The notes beneath the pieces were generated by a model. It was not told the origin of the DNA, searched no databases, and saw nothing but the letters and a program-made list of their open reading frames with translations. A DNA stretch of 61,992 nt, filler included, from Choristocarpus tenellus KU-1152 (lineage: Eukaryota; Protista; Phaeophyceae), in assembly GCA_964200185.2 (NCBI GenBank). It is 13 parts of 13 records of this genome, joined end to end, with 100 filler letters (N's around TTAATTAATTAA, not from the genome) between each part and the next. Parts side by side here need not be neighbours in the genome. Positions count along the whole stretch, not along the records: positions 26,063 to 28,602 come from CAXNAD020026930.1; positions 28,703 to 31,639 come from CAXNAD020023519.1; positions 31,740 to 37,094 come from CAXNAD020011055.1; positions 37,195 to 39,945 come from CAXNAD020025055.1; 9 more parts are not named here. One strand, given 5' to 3'. Position numbers and translations under genes: made by a program. Below are positions 26,099 through 39,392 of the stretch, piece by piece; position 1 is the stretch's first letter; each line of letters begins with the position of its first letter.

Positions 26099-27309
26099 GG
26101 GGCAGTAGGCGCAGGAGCAGGAGCCGCAGCTGGAGCAATGCAAGCAGAAGCAGAAGCAGGAGTAGGAGTAGGAGTCGGAGCAATGGGCGGAGAGCATCTG
26201 GTTATAGACAGAGGCGTTCTCGTAGTCGGAGCCGCCGCAACAGCAGGTGTGTGTGTGTGTGTGTGTGACTGGTTTGTGCCAGTAAGTTGGTTTTTGTGGA
26301 GAGGTCTATCGCGGAGTGGTTGTTGTTGGTTGAGAAGAAAACAAAGGTAGAGGTGGTTGGTCCACTTGGAATTAGGTATGTCAACTTTGAAGGGGTCACA
26401 AAATCAGACACCAACACAACAGTGATTGTTTTGGAATGCGTTTGTGGTGGAGGGTGCTGAGATGGGATGTGAAGTGTTTTTTGTTGTGGTTTCTAGAGTG
26501 GTTAGTATTGGCTGGGCTGTTTGTCTTGGCTTGATAGTGATGGCTCTTTATTTCTTTTGTTTACATTGAGTGTACACAGTGCTCTTTGCAAGTGCTTCCT
26601 GCCCAGGCGTTTAATTAATACCACGATTGAAAGAAATTGCAGGTTGCACTTCTTCAACCATGCGAGAACACTTCTTCCATCTTTTTCCTCCTCCTAGCCC
26701 TGGTATTCAATGTATGTAGTATGTGTATATATATATATATATCGCAGGTGTAGAATGTAACTAGGATGCTGTACTCCCATGCTTGGATGGTTGTGTTTAT
26801 CGCCCTGTTGAGACACAAATATTTCCTCAGTGTATTGTACTACTATTCAACCCCCCTTTCATACTTCTTACCCTTTGAACTCTACACTTATTTTTTACAG
26901 CTCTAGCTCCAGCCGTAGCCGAAGCCGTGGCCGAGCCCGGAGCCGGAGTCGGAGCAGGAGCAGGAGTCATGGGCACCATCGTGCCTTGAAACGAGCACGT
27001 AGATCTGTATCACGGTCAGCATCAGAACCAAAGGGGAAAGATAAGCAGGTTACTTTGAAGGGAGACCATCCACCACAGGCACAAGGGGGAAAATCCAGAG
27101 GTGATGGTGAGAGGGGTGAAGGGGGTGAGGGTGGTACAGCGGAGAAGGCAGCTAAGAAGGAAAAGAAGCCGAAGGGTCACAAATTGTTCAAGAAGACAGA
27201 GACGGAGGAGACTAAGGGGAGCACAGGCAAAGCTGGGAAGGCATCCACAGGCTCAGTGGAGTTCTGGAATGACGAGCGGGCCAAGCTTGGACTCAAGCCT
27301 TTGAAATAG
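26063..27309 (+). CDS. RS-rich splicing factor C-terminus with HIND motif (Prp38-like), 5'-partial
   Basis: Exons <26063-26246 and 26901-27309 (phase 2 join). RS repeats, then terminal SVEFWNDERAKLGLKPLK* matching the Hub1-binding HIND motif. A C-terminal HIND after an RS domain is the Prp38 architecture of plants and some protists. Confidence 0.7.
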
Positions 27310-28832
27310 TCTTCTTGTTAAAGGGATGAAAGCTTTGCGTGATAGCCATAGTCACTGCAAGGTTGATTTGTAGGCATGGGTTGATTGTGTTGATGACTGC
27401 CATTAGATTACCCTTGTGTCTAGAGTTGTGAGGATGATTCTTGGACTTCAATTGAGGTATTTGACACTGATCTTTGGGAGTGTGACTGAGGGTAAATGTT
27501 GCTCTTACAGGTGAAAAAGAATGTGACCTCTTTGCTATATCAGGAGTGTATTTTGCACATTGTAGAATTTGCACACTTCATTTTGTGCAATGAACAAGAA
27601 GGAAGGCTAGGTACAGGTACTGCACATTTGTCATTGCAGTTTCATGAAAAAACATTTTTGTTTTTTACTGGTAAGCAGGTAGGTTTTTGTGTTGGTTGTC
27701 CTACCTGAGCTAGCAACATAACTGGATTGTTTAGTGGAAGGTGTATTCATGATTCAGCTATATTGAGGAAAAGTACCTGCTACAAGTGCTACACCCTATT
27801 GAACTGGGAAGGTTGTGCTGTATGTGCCTGCCAATTATAAAAGCTGGCTACATTGGGAATGTTGACTTGGAGAGGAGAGAGACAATGGATATGTTTTTCG
27901 GTTCAACAGTTAGCAAACACACTGCTATTGTATCACACTTTATACAAGGTGATTCTCAGCACTACGTAGCATTGTTAACCTACTTTGCTCAGGCTAAGCC
28001 TTTCTCTTTGCATGACACAGTTGATATCATGGTCAATGGTTGGGCCCCCTTCAAGACACGTCTACCGTCCAGGGCAATGCTTACAGTTCATTCTGTCTGT
28101 AACACTTTTTCCTGGAGAATTCTGAGCAGTATCATCAACACAGCAGAGTTTGCAAGTTAGGTATGCAGCGTTCAGTAAATTCCAAATAGGCCAGTTCTTT
28201 ATCTGCACAGGAGGAAACACTTCCATTTTAAAGAGGGTCTTGTGCTACATAATTACTTCTCTTGATTACCCCAGACACTGTCTTCTGTTGAATGGTACAT
28301 GTATGCATAGTCTGTGTAGTTGAGTGACAAGAACCTCGTGTGTTAATTGTACTCTCATACGAACTGTGCTGGGACATCGACATTTATTTCGTCAAATTCT
28401 GTCTTACTGGTAGAGCTAGAGCCCTACTGTTGATAGGGAGAGTATGACAGGATGTATCGTAGGTAGTTGACAAGGAAAATTTGATGAGAATGAGAAACTG
28501 ACTGCTGAGCACATCGAGGAAAACCTTCAACGCACAGGATTTCGAGATGACCGTTCTTGTTAGAACAGGGGATTCGCAAAATTGAGGATGGAGCGGGACT
28601 ATNNNNNNNNNNNNNNNNNNNNNNNNNNNNNNNNNNNNNNNNNNNNTTAATTAATTAANNNNNNNNNNNNNNNNNNNNNNNNNNNNNNNNNNNNNNNNNN
28701 NNCCCCCCAGATACTTTGGGTCTAACCCTAACCCTGTGCCCTAACCCTGACACCACCTCTCACCCTTACACAATAATGAAATTATACTAAGTCATGTTTC
28801 GCCTTTCCTTCATCTCCTTGCCTCATGTGATG

Positions 28833-29092
28833 TTTGCCATACTTTGTCGAACGGTAAAGTATGGCAAAAATTGTGGCTGTCCACATACCAACTTATTTGA
28901 AGCCACACGCATCATGTCATTTTGCCGTACTTTGCCATAAAACAAAGTGTGGCGAAAGTTGCGGCGGTCCATATACCAACTTTTTTCAAGCCACACGCCT
29001 CAAGTCAATTTCGCCATACTTTACCGTACAACAAAGTCTGGCAAAAGTTGCGGCTGTCCACATACTACACTTTTTGAAGCCACACGCCTCCA
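28833..29092. repeat. Three ~88-bp tandem units, each with a 13-bp-stem hairpin
   Basis: Units start at ~28833, 28921 and 29010. Stem TTTGCCATACTTT-N10-AAAGTATGGCAAA; the 10-nt loops differ. Confidence 0.9.
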
Positions 29093-29721
29093 AACCATCG
29101 TCCTCGACTTACCACAAAACTCAATCGTAATCTCATATCCCCTATAGAGAAAGGGGCGCATATGATGGTATGTGCATTTGGGGATATGTGTTGACTGACA
29201 TCACATAAAACGTTCAGTATCCCTTCCACCACAAAATCCATCGTACACATTAGTTTACCGTTCGACAGAACACGTCAATTGTAGTACATACATGCGCCAA
29301 TAGTGTCAGGGGTGACACCCACTATGCACTTGTCAACTGTTTCCCCCCCCAAAATCAGATCAAAACACACACTAAACCGTTCGACAAACTACCCCCATTC
29401 ACTTTGTCCTACATGCTTCATCGTACGTTTTCGTAACCTTTTAGATGTGGCTCACGATTGACTGCATATGCGATGCACACCTTTTCAGGATATTCTAATC
29501 GGGGCGGATTCGGTTCTCGATGTATCAAACACACACTTCTCCATGCTTTCAAAGTGGGGTGTCATCCAACACGGCCGTACTCTGTGGAACACTTGGTGAT
29601 CAAACATTGTGCAAGCCCCTTCCCCCAAAGAAAGATGCAGTATTACCTATGTTCACATCATGAGGATCCATAACTAATGTCAAAGGGAAACAAACCCACC
29701 CAACTCATATAGTAACAAAGT

Positions 29722-31639
29722 TTGGATCCCACTCAGGAAATGGGGACTAAAGAGACTGCCCAAGACCAGTGCTGCCCGTTCGTGTTGAAGAAATCCAAAA
29801 CAGACCCGATCATGGACCTCTTCCTCTCCATGTTTGTCAACTACGATGGTCCAGAAGATATGGAAGGAAGCGGTCGCACTTGGAACGACCTTGCCTCTTT
29901 GTTGTTGGATGAGAAAAGCAGATTTACACCGTTGGCGAGCACGCTGCGAGTTGCACTGGCTTGGGAACAACGCGAGTCCACGCCTGATCTCCATGTCAAG
30001 ACATTTCAAGAATGTGTAAAGAAAGATCTTAGCACCGAGCATACTCACCAGGTATACAAATCCATCCTCGTCGGCATCGCTCCTGATGTTGAAATAGGCG
30101 ATGACGGGGTGACATCGAAGTTTCAACCCCTTCTGTCCGTCGCAGCAAGAAAATACGACATCAACGTCGACACACTCATCCGCGAAAAAGCGCACGGAAT
30201 TCATGCGAGACATGTGGCAACAGGCGAGCCCCTCCGCATCGCCTGCAAATGATGCTGGAGGATCGTCTCCCGTATCCGACACTCACGCCCCTCACTACTC
30301 TCCTCAAGGCACCGCCCACAGGTATGGAAGCTCGTTCTCATCAACCATCAACAGTGTCACACACACAACTTGGCCCCCGGGCAAACATGTCCACCCTATG
30401 TCGAAAACAATTTCATCACTAATAGATGCCCGGGTAATCCCTCATATCCTGGTGAACAACCAACACACACCCCACATCTCCCATTGTTACCTCAGACAAA
30501 ACGGCAGACCAAGGGTATTTGACGTGGGAAGGGACAGCTCCTCGTGACAGTTCGATGTACAGCATCCTGATACACATGCTCTTGGTATCACCGTATGGGA
30601 GAGTAACAACATCACCATGCCCCACGATCCGGTCACATATCATGATTCCACTCAGGGAATGCACTACTTAGACCCGCATACGAACAAGAGAGTTTGCCGC
30701 CCGGATGCACTGTGCCAACAGCACGCTCAGAGGTACTCTACACTAGCGAGTGTCATTCTGACAAATATTGCTCATATCCACCCTCGACACTTTATGGATT
30801 AGTCATTGTAACATGTTCATCCTCGACCAACAAAACTTTGACATTACACTACATATACATGGTGCAACCGACGTGACAACAGGTCACAGATTGGGACAGA
30901 TGAGGATGTCTACGCCAACTTCAGGGAGGGATTCGAACAGGAGGGGACGTCAGGACCAATACCCTGTCTGTCGACATTCGTGAAGTGGAGACCGTTCTAC
31001 ATTACAAAGGCCACACGAAGGTGTGTGCGGATATAGTCTTTCCATTTTTAGGACACACGCTACAGTGATGATTGGGTAAGTCTAAGTTTCCTAACCACCA
31101 CAGGGTACACAGTTACATACTGCATCATCCGTGTCCACACACAAGGGGTGTTAACCCACTGTATCCCTCCCTCCACCTTTCCACGCAACACAGATCGTGC
31201 GTTTGCATTCACCATATGACCACCGAACTCCAGGTTCAGTGCCTAAGAGAGAACTGGAAGAAAGTACATGCGAGGACGTTCTTTGGTGATGATGGAAAAC
31301 GCACTTGCGCATGCAAATGCGCATTCTGCGACAAAGGCAAAGGATGCGGGTCTGAAGAAGTGGAGGTCGCACTCGAAAGTAGTGCTCATGTAATGGCCTT
31401 CCTCTTGAAAGTTTCTATGCCAAACCACACCCACGACCTGGTGAATGTGTTATCGCGACGAGCTGGAATGGGAGCCAAAATAATGAAACTGCTGTAGATA
31501 CACAGACAATCGTAACAAAGGTAGGCACACTCCGCACGACGACCCCCCCCCCACTCACAAAGTTCGGCCTCTTTTTGCCACTGGTGACAACCCCAACACG
31601 TACACCCCTTGCCCACATATGCAACATGTTGAACTATCC
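29722..31639 (+). mobile_element. Intron-containing Sola2-like DNA transposase, 5' part (probably inactivated), cut by contig end
   Basis: Phase-consistent exons 30496-30732, 30883-31020, 31194-~31410 give ...HAQR|SQIGTDEDVYANFREG...LSTFVKWRPFYITKATR|RSCVCIHH...KKVH...CACKCAFC, the Y..F....S.F...RP.....CxCxxH signature found N-terminal to the Sola2 DDD core. In-frame TGA at 30545-30547. ORF 29722-30252 is a likely upstream exon. Confidence 0.65.
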
Positions 31640-34209
31640 NNNNNNNNNNNNNNNNNNNNNNNNNNNNNNNNNNNNNNNNNNNNTTAATTAATTAANNNNN
31701 NNNNNNNNNNNNNNNNNNNNNNNNNNNNNNNNNNNNNNNTGCCATTGCTCCACGTATGTCTCCCCCAGCCCCCACCCCCCACCCCCCACCACACTTCCTC
31801 TGCTTCCATATTATTTATCGTTACTTCTCTACACTATCAACACATTTTGGCATGTAACTTACATATATCAAGTCATACCTCTCCACCCACTAACGTAATT
31901 TTTGTGCACAGAAATCGTTGTCACCATCCTGGTTGTCCAACTCCCTCTCCTTGTAAATAATGGTTTGAAATTATATATTCTTATGTTCTGAACTAGGGGT
32001 GCAGAGACCTGAGATTTATGGTGAGACTTGTATGTAATTGTACCTGTAGGATGAGTACTATTGTGATATTCTTCGTATCACGGTCACCTTTTGTTGATTA
32101 TGGTTTCATCATTTTGCATTTGAATGTGTGTGGAAGAATGTGATTGGTATGGTGAAATTTGAAAAAATAAGGAGTTAGTGACATTTGTTAAGATTTGGAA
32201 TTGATTCCGTAAACTATAATGTATCTTTGGAGTTTGCAGGGTATTATTGTGGTACATAATAATATATTGTAGTATGGTGTAGTATAGTATATGATGTTAT
32301 AGAATTACCTGTTATGTTGACATTTGGTAGAGTGTAGTATGGTATGATATAGCGTATTTTAACATGGTGTGGATGAATTTAGAATGATATTGAGTAATAT
32401 AGCAGTGTATATAATGTTATATTGTAATTAAATATGGTATATTATATTTTGTTATAGTCATGCAGTATAGCATAAGACAGTATAGCACATTATAACATGG
32501 AATGATAGAGTATAATCTATACCAAATACGACACTATGAATAATAGTATAGTAAATACTGATTTTACTACTGTTGCCACATGTAGAGGACACTTTACTGT
32601 TTTAAGAGTCTTGATTTTGTAACCTTTTTGATCCATCATAGTTCCTCTCTACATTTATGTCCTGTTCTATCTCTCCACAAAGTGAAGGAGTGCTCTTTTA
32701 ACATTAATTGGCCCAGATATTTTTTTTTGCATTACGGTTGAGGTTATTGTTAAGAATGAACAATGGGAAGAGACACCTGGACATTGAATCGCGTTACCTT
32801 ACTGTAGAGCTGTCTGATATTGGGTGTACTAACAGCTATAGTACTAGTAGTAGATGATGTGATCCTGGGCATTCATTGGAAAGACATTCCCACAGCTAAG
32901 ATAGACGCATATCATTCTGGGTCAACTATTGGACTGGGAGAGCGTTGGGGGACTAATGACAGTTACGGTCTATATGAAAATCATATACTGCAATGAATAT
33001 TCTTGTAATTCATAGGGTTCTCTTTGTGTAATGTGTAACATTGAAAGAATTTGATATGTTTTCTTCTTAACCATCATTATGTAGCATAGGTGGAGATCAT
33101 GTCTCAATATTTGAATTTGTCAGTTTCATTGTCATCAAACTATGGTCAAATTATTGGATCTATTGTTCTGTCATTTTTCATTTTCTTGCAGCAAATAACC
33201 TGGAAGAACTTTGTGAGATTATTCTGCAACACACTGTTAGGCTTTGTCAAGATGTTGGGGATGAAGAGGTGCAGCGGGCTAAGGTGCAGGTGAGGGACCT
33301 CTTGAACAAATTAAACTTCCACCCCTCTTGGCTTGGAGCTAAGTGTGAGAGATCTCTTGGGTCAATAATTAATCCTATTGTTGTAAGGGGTGTGAGAAAC
33401 ACTTGTTTGTGGAAACGGCTAAAGAATGGGAAGAGAATTGGTCAAAGTAGAAAACATGCTTTATTTTTCCTTAGAGGGGAGCTGTAGAGTAGGCTGTGAT
33501 GTTATTGCTGGGAAACGAGGAGTCAAGAATTGTTGCCCTGAGATACCCAGAGGGGTTTAGTGTTGTTTACTCCAATGCACTGGAGGATTTTCTCGCATTT
33601 GGCCTTCGAATTTTCTTGACAAACTTAATTGTAATAGGGCTAGAACTGCCCAGTGATGCAGATGTTGGCCTCATTGTGAGTAATTGAATGATTTTATAAT
33701 GTTTGGGGTGTTGGTGAATGTCTACGTGTCCCACCTTGTTTGAGATGATAGCACAAAAAGTAGTTGTTGTGCCCCTCTTGTTTATTATTTTGTCTTGATG
33801 GTTACTGTGTTAATGGGTTCCTCTCATTTTGGATGATGCAAATTGTATACAACCCTGTGCATAAGATGGTAAATCAAGCGTTTTCATACTCCCATACCTC
33901 TGGAAGAGTCTCAATGCAATGTCCATTGCTCTATTGGGGTTAAGGTTAGGGTTAAGTCCAGGTGAAGTGATTATGTCAACTGTTCATGACTTCCATGTTC
34001 GAATGTTTCATGCGATACTTTAGTAATATTGTACCTTGCAAGCGAGAGGCTATCCTGGGCTAATAATGAGGTCCGCAGTACCAATTTGGTATTTCTTAGG
34101 GGTAAGGTCTATCTAATATTATATATATATTGGATTGGAACCATTCCATTCCCTTCCCTCTTAACCCTAACCCTAAGAGCTGTGACTTCCATTTGTATCC
34201 ATATTATTC

Positions 34210-35000
34210 GTAGTTGAAGACAAATTTGTTGGTGCACCTGGATGCATTTGGACTGGCATGTGAGGAGATTGGCCGACACATGCTCACGTATGGTCGCTGA
34301 TGGACAGCTGCTGAGTTGTTTGCTAGAATTGACTCTGTTACAGCAGAGCACATTCGCCTCTGTGCCAACAGGTGAGCCTGTCAAGTATTGGTACCGGAAG
34401 GCCTTTCTATGTTGAGCTCCTGTTAGCACCCTTGACAAGTTAGACATAGGTCTCGTGCTCTTGACTCAATAACTGGAGACAGACAACTATTTGTACCATC
34501 TATCTGTTCATGTTTTCTGCTTTTTGTATATTTTGTTTCCTTAATGATTGTGTGTGTTCTTGGAATACTTCGTACGTTTGTACTTTGAAGGAGATTTTGA
34601 TATCTTCCTTTCAAGTATTTGTGTCGAGTTTGTCTAAGTCAACCTTGAATTGATTGCAAAAGGGTGGTAGTGAATTGATGGATTGGCTGATTCACTCCTT
34701 GATGTGGCGATTTCAACTGTTTGAGAAGTAGAGGGTGTGGAGGAAGAGTAACTTGTGCACCAATGGGATGGCTTATACGTGAAGTCAATCCAATGGGAAG
34801 CATTGATGTCAAGTGTTGAAGGGGTGCAGCTGTAGCAGACATGAATCGACTTCGTCACCAATGGTATAGCATGTGCTTGAATATAGAATATATTTGATGC
34901 ATACATTTGGGATTCAATTACACTACACTCGATATAACTCAGGATACATTTGCTCCACGACACTCCCTCCTTGTCAATTTCATTATTATGGTGATTGTTA
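34210..35000 (-). mobile_element. Copia-like RT/RNaseH relic
   Basis: YIECSVIESQMYASNIFYIQAHAIPLV resembles PYRS.IGSLMYA...RPDIAHAV; TCQSKCIQVHQQI resembles R.KHIDVR.HF. Heavily degraded. Confidence 0.45.
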
Positions 35001-38000
35001 CTACCATGCACTATGATATTGGCAGCATTGGTGTGAATCTACGGTGATTGATGACTCCCTCAAACTTGGTGTCAAGTTTGAATGGAAAGCTTTTCCAACA
35101 TCAACCTCACTCTCCTTGCCTATGAGGTACAGTTTCTTGCACCTTGGAAAAATCAAGCCTGTTTCTAGTGTGTGTGTCTATAACGGCGTAAAGAATTAGA
35201 GAGTAAGCACAGAGAGAGGTGCAAACAACTGTTCATGCATTTCATAAACATGGCTACCCTTAAGGCTTGAAATAGGTTTCCACATCTCCATGGTTGTCAA
35301 GCACTGTCGCTGCATACTGCAAAGTGGTTGGCAGTAGATAGATGAGTTGCTGCTGGGGTCATTCACTAGATCACGTCATGGTACCTTCAGCTTCATAGTA
35401 GCATTGACATATTGGAATTACTGTATTTGGTCCACTTTCATACCTTTCCTGTGTGCCTGGAGAAGTTGCAGAGCCTAGTTAGTGTCTATCAAGTATAGCG
35501 TACAAAACCCCCTGAACTTTGCAGTTACAAATTAATGAAATCACATAGCTTGATGGATTATCTACACTACACCAGGTAGAGATTGGTTGATGCTTCCATC
35601 TCGATCTCAGGTCGTGTTTATGATTCTCCAGGGACAACAAGTGGAACACCAAAGGCTTCACATGAGTGCTCTATTTGATTAATGAATCCTTCTCTTGAAA
35701 TCAAAGAAGGTTCGCTACATATGTTTGCATATGATGGAGCCACTAACCGTTGCTTTGTTGTTCCTATTAATGATGGTTAACTCACATTTGATCTACCTAC
35801 TACGCCACAACTCTGCAAGGTTTCGAATGAGGTGTCCAAAGCATGAAGCACCCAAACCTCATGCATGAGCTGTGAAGAAGTGTTATGGTTCTATCAGTAG
35901 TATAAGAGACTTTCAGACATTTTCCTGCCAAGAATATTTGTACTCCTTGCAGCATTATGTAGTATACAACACATTTACATACACATCACTCAACATCATT
36001 CTGGAAGATACAATACATTACAAGCAACTTCTCTATAGGTCTATGGTGGATGAGCTTCAATGATTGTTCTTCATGGCAAATACTTCACAGTCAGCAAAGA
36101 ACCTCTACTGGTCGATTTTGCTGGCACGCAGCACCATTTCAAGCTGACGAGCTTTCTCGGCCTGAGGTAGAGGTGAATTTGAATACAGTTCACTAGATCA
36201 CATTCATGAAGCTTAAATATTGACTAACCTAGTCTAGGGGTGCATTGTTTCAATCTTTCTCACCACTACTTCTATCCCAACATACCATGATAGTGTGCAT
36301 GATCATGAGAGGAAAAGACATGAGGTCTGTCCAAGAGGTTCCTTGGAAGGCGATAGTCATGTACGCCTCCATCTCCATATTGTTCATCACGCACTTATCA
36401 CTTCGCATGAAGAGTGTAGGGTCAGGCCTTATGAATACACATACACATACACATACACAATTACAAATAAGAAAATCTCAACCAAATCACTGATCAATCC
36501 AGTGTCAGGGTTAACAAGGTTGAGGTTGTAAGGCTACCTCTCACAAATATGTATCACAAACATGAACAAAATATAGCTAATACTAGCTTTCAAGCAACAG
36601 GCTGGGGGTTAGGGATAGTAATACAAATAACAAAAAATATTGTATAATAATGGGATACAACTCTTACAACTTGCACAGAGGAAACATGTATAAATGTATC
36701 ACAAACCATACAATTCATCAAAGTACAAAGATAGCATATATATAAATAGAAATAAAAAAGATCAGAGTGTTTCACAGAGATGGGCACATCCGAAATACCT
36801 TGTTCATGAGTCACACCAGATAATTGATGTTTCAATACCTTGATGAAAAGTTGGGTCTTTGGGCTGGTTCGTTATAAGATACATACATTGTGTAGAGATA
36901 CATACAGATCAACTATTAATACTGCACATATTGTCTAAATATTCTTTTTATTGTCACATACTTTAGAATAGAATAATAAAATATTCTAGAAACAAGTTCA
37001 CGACTTTCATCAAAAGAGATCAATCATCTATTGTTAAATACTAAAGAATATACAGAGATGAGTAATAATAAAATTTTATGTGGACCCATTCCAGNNNNNN
37101 NNNNNNNNNNNNNNNNNNNNNNNNNNNNNNNNNNNNNNTTAATTAATTAANNNNNNNNNNNNNNNNNNNNNNNNNNNNNNNNNNNNNNNNNNNNTAACAT
37201 AATAAAATTGACCCCAAATGGACAGCCGCTACCCCCCCCCCAGATACTACGAACCTAGCATCTAGCTCGATGGGCCACAAACTGTTACAAAATAAATTGG
37301 ATTCCGTCAACTAAAAACTTGAAGGTCAAACTTCAAATATTTGTTCCCCTTACCTACTTTTGGGTGAAATGAATTGTTTACACTTCTGGCAAGGCCGTTG
37401 ACCTTCTGGGGGTAGCAGCTTGTCTCGGCTTTGGCTTTGTTATGATTCAAACTGAGGGGTAGGCAGGGTTGCGTTCTGAGGATCCTGAGGATGGGTAAAA
37501 AGATTCCATTTGTACAATTGCAGAAAGTGTATTTACTGAATTGCGGTGTCACTTTATGTGTGGAAAGGGGAAGTCTCAGTCTTGCATACTACACTGTTGC
37601 GCATATGGAGTAATGAAGTAGAGTACCTTGAACAGGGTAAGAAAGATAGCTTGGAATGCAAAGGGGTCCAAACCTGCCTGCCTCTCGGTTGGTTTGTCTC
37701 GCATGGTGTTTACAAAGCACAGATTTCTTGGGAGGGGTTGAACACAGCTCGAAGTGAACCTTTATCTTTCCCGTGCTCTTGTCTTATGTTCAGTCCTGGT
37801 GCTTCCCTTGTTTGTTCACCTCCTGCTACCGAAGTGAACCAGCCTTCCTCTTGTACTTATGTATTCCCTTTCCTTATGCACCTATTTATTCCTCCTTGTA
37901 GGACAGGAGCGAACCTTGGGCAAGTGGTGTCTAAATTTTCGTTTGAAGAGTAGTAAACCACTTATACTCCAAATCGAGTACGCAACAAGTAATTGGTTGG

Positions 38001-39276
38001 TAGTTCCATAGAGAATTAGTAATTGGAAGTTAGTGGCTATAGTATAGGATCTTTATCGGAAGATTAATTTCTTATGATGTACTTCTTGTGACACATTTTT
38101 TGTTTTGTGTGTGTGCAATGTATGTAACGTATTTCTTTATGATTCCTACTGCTAACAAATTGTAGATGTTTTTGGATGAGAATTATAACAAATATTTAAG
38201 TGCGTACAAAGTCGTCGCTTTAACAATTGTTGTTGTTGTTAGGGCTCTTGCCTCTCATTTCACAACATCACCACAACACGGTGTAACTATAGTTAAGACG
38301 GCATCATTTAGCAATAGTACATCATTTCATCGTCATTCAGTTATTGATTATAAGACATATGTCATGTCCTCTCATACAACAACAAAGCATATTCTTCACT
38401 CATGCTCCCTTAGGGAATTCCTTTTTCGTTTACAACATTTTGTTTGCTTCGAGCTAACATCTTCCTTTTTCGTTGGTAACAACATGAACTAAAAACGCGA
38501 AGATCTGTCATGCACATCAGGTGAATAACAAAAGATTCTTGCGCTGAATGTCAGACTTTGGAGTGGTGTCGTTTCCCGCTCGTTGCAATGAACCTGAGTC
38601 GAAGTAATGAGAGACATCCGTTGTTGCATTTTAGGGATACCTGCAAAAATGTGTAAAATTCATAGAAATATCGTCGAAGTACAAAAGAGTGATGAAACTG
38701 AGATGTGATGCAGAATGGACAAAAATTGCGTACCTCTCGTTTACTTTGCTTTGGCCCACCTCTTGTACACTCTACAACCAACTGTGGAACATCATTATCA
38801 AGCTTGATAACCCTACATCAACAAAACATGCGAGGATGAAGACCATACAACAACTTCTTCCTTCAAACCCTCCACCTTACTTCATTGATCATTTGTCTTG
38901 TGTTGGTGTCTCAGATTTAATGACCCCTTTGGAGATGACCGTACCCATTTCCTTCCCATATTGTCTAACCATGTTCATACTTTCCATTTCATACATCATA
39001 TCGAGTTCTTATTATTGTCATAATCACCATCATGCTCATTCTTCTTTCGTGTAATAGCTTAATATCAAGCTACAAATGATTTGATCTGGAATGCAACCAA
39101 ATACTGCGAGAGTCTACATTTGTTCTAGGAGGGCGGTTTAAAAGGAAATGGACAACACCAACCTTCTCTACTTCCACGTGATTGCTTCAATCTTCTGCTA
39201 GCATACTGGAGTCTGACCATCATAACAAATAGATGGGTGGATTTACCGTTCCTTGACATCGACCCAAGGTGTGTGT

Positions 39277-39392
39277 AAGTTAAAGTATCTTAGAGGGTAG
39301 GAGTTTTGCCCTGTTTGTCCGTTTGGGACTTGACCTCCCACTTTTTTAAATTATATTTTCCTACTCCGAAACATTTCGGAGTAGGTAAAATT
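39277..39392 (+). mobile_element. Truncated MITE family A copy
   Basis: Left end AAAGTATCTTAGAGGGTA plus the perfect internal palindrome CCTACTCCGAAA-CA-TTTCGGAGTAGG (39360-39385); right half missing. Confidence 0.85.

Noticed and set aside
28833-29092. Hairpin repeats as a CRISPR or other guide array
   Set aside because: Only three units, variable parts are 10-nt loops, and the inter-hairpin sequence is also conserved; subterminal transposon repeats fit better.
29680-30282. 200-aa minus-strand ORF, or an intronless viral gene at 29722-30252
   Set aside because: The minus ORF is the antisense shadow of the plus ORF. No viral motif was recognised, and downstream spliced exons point to a transposase.
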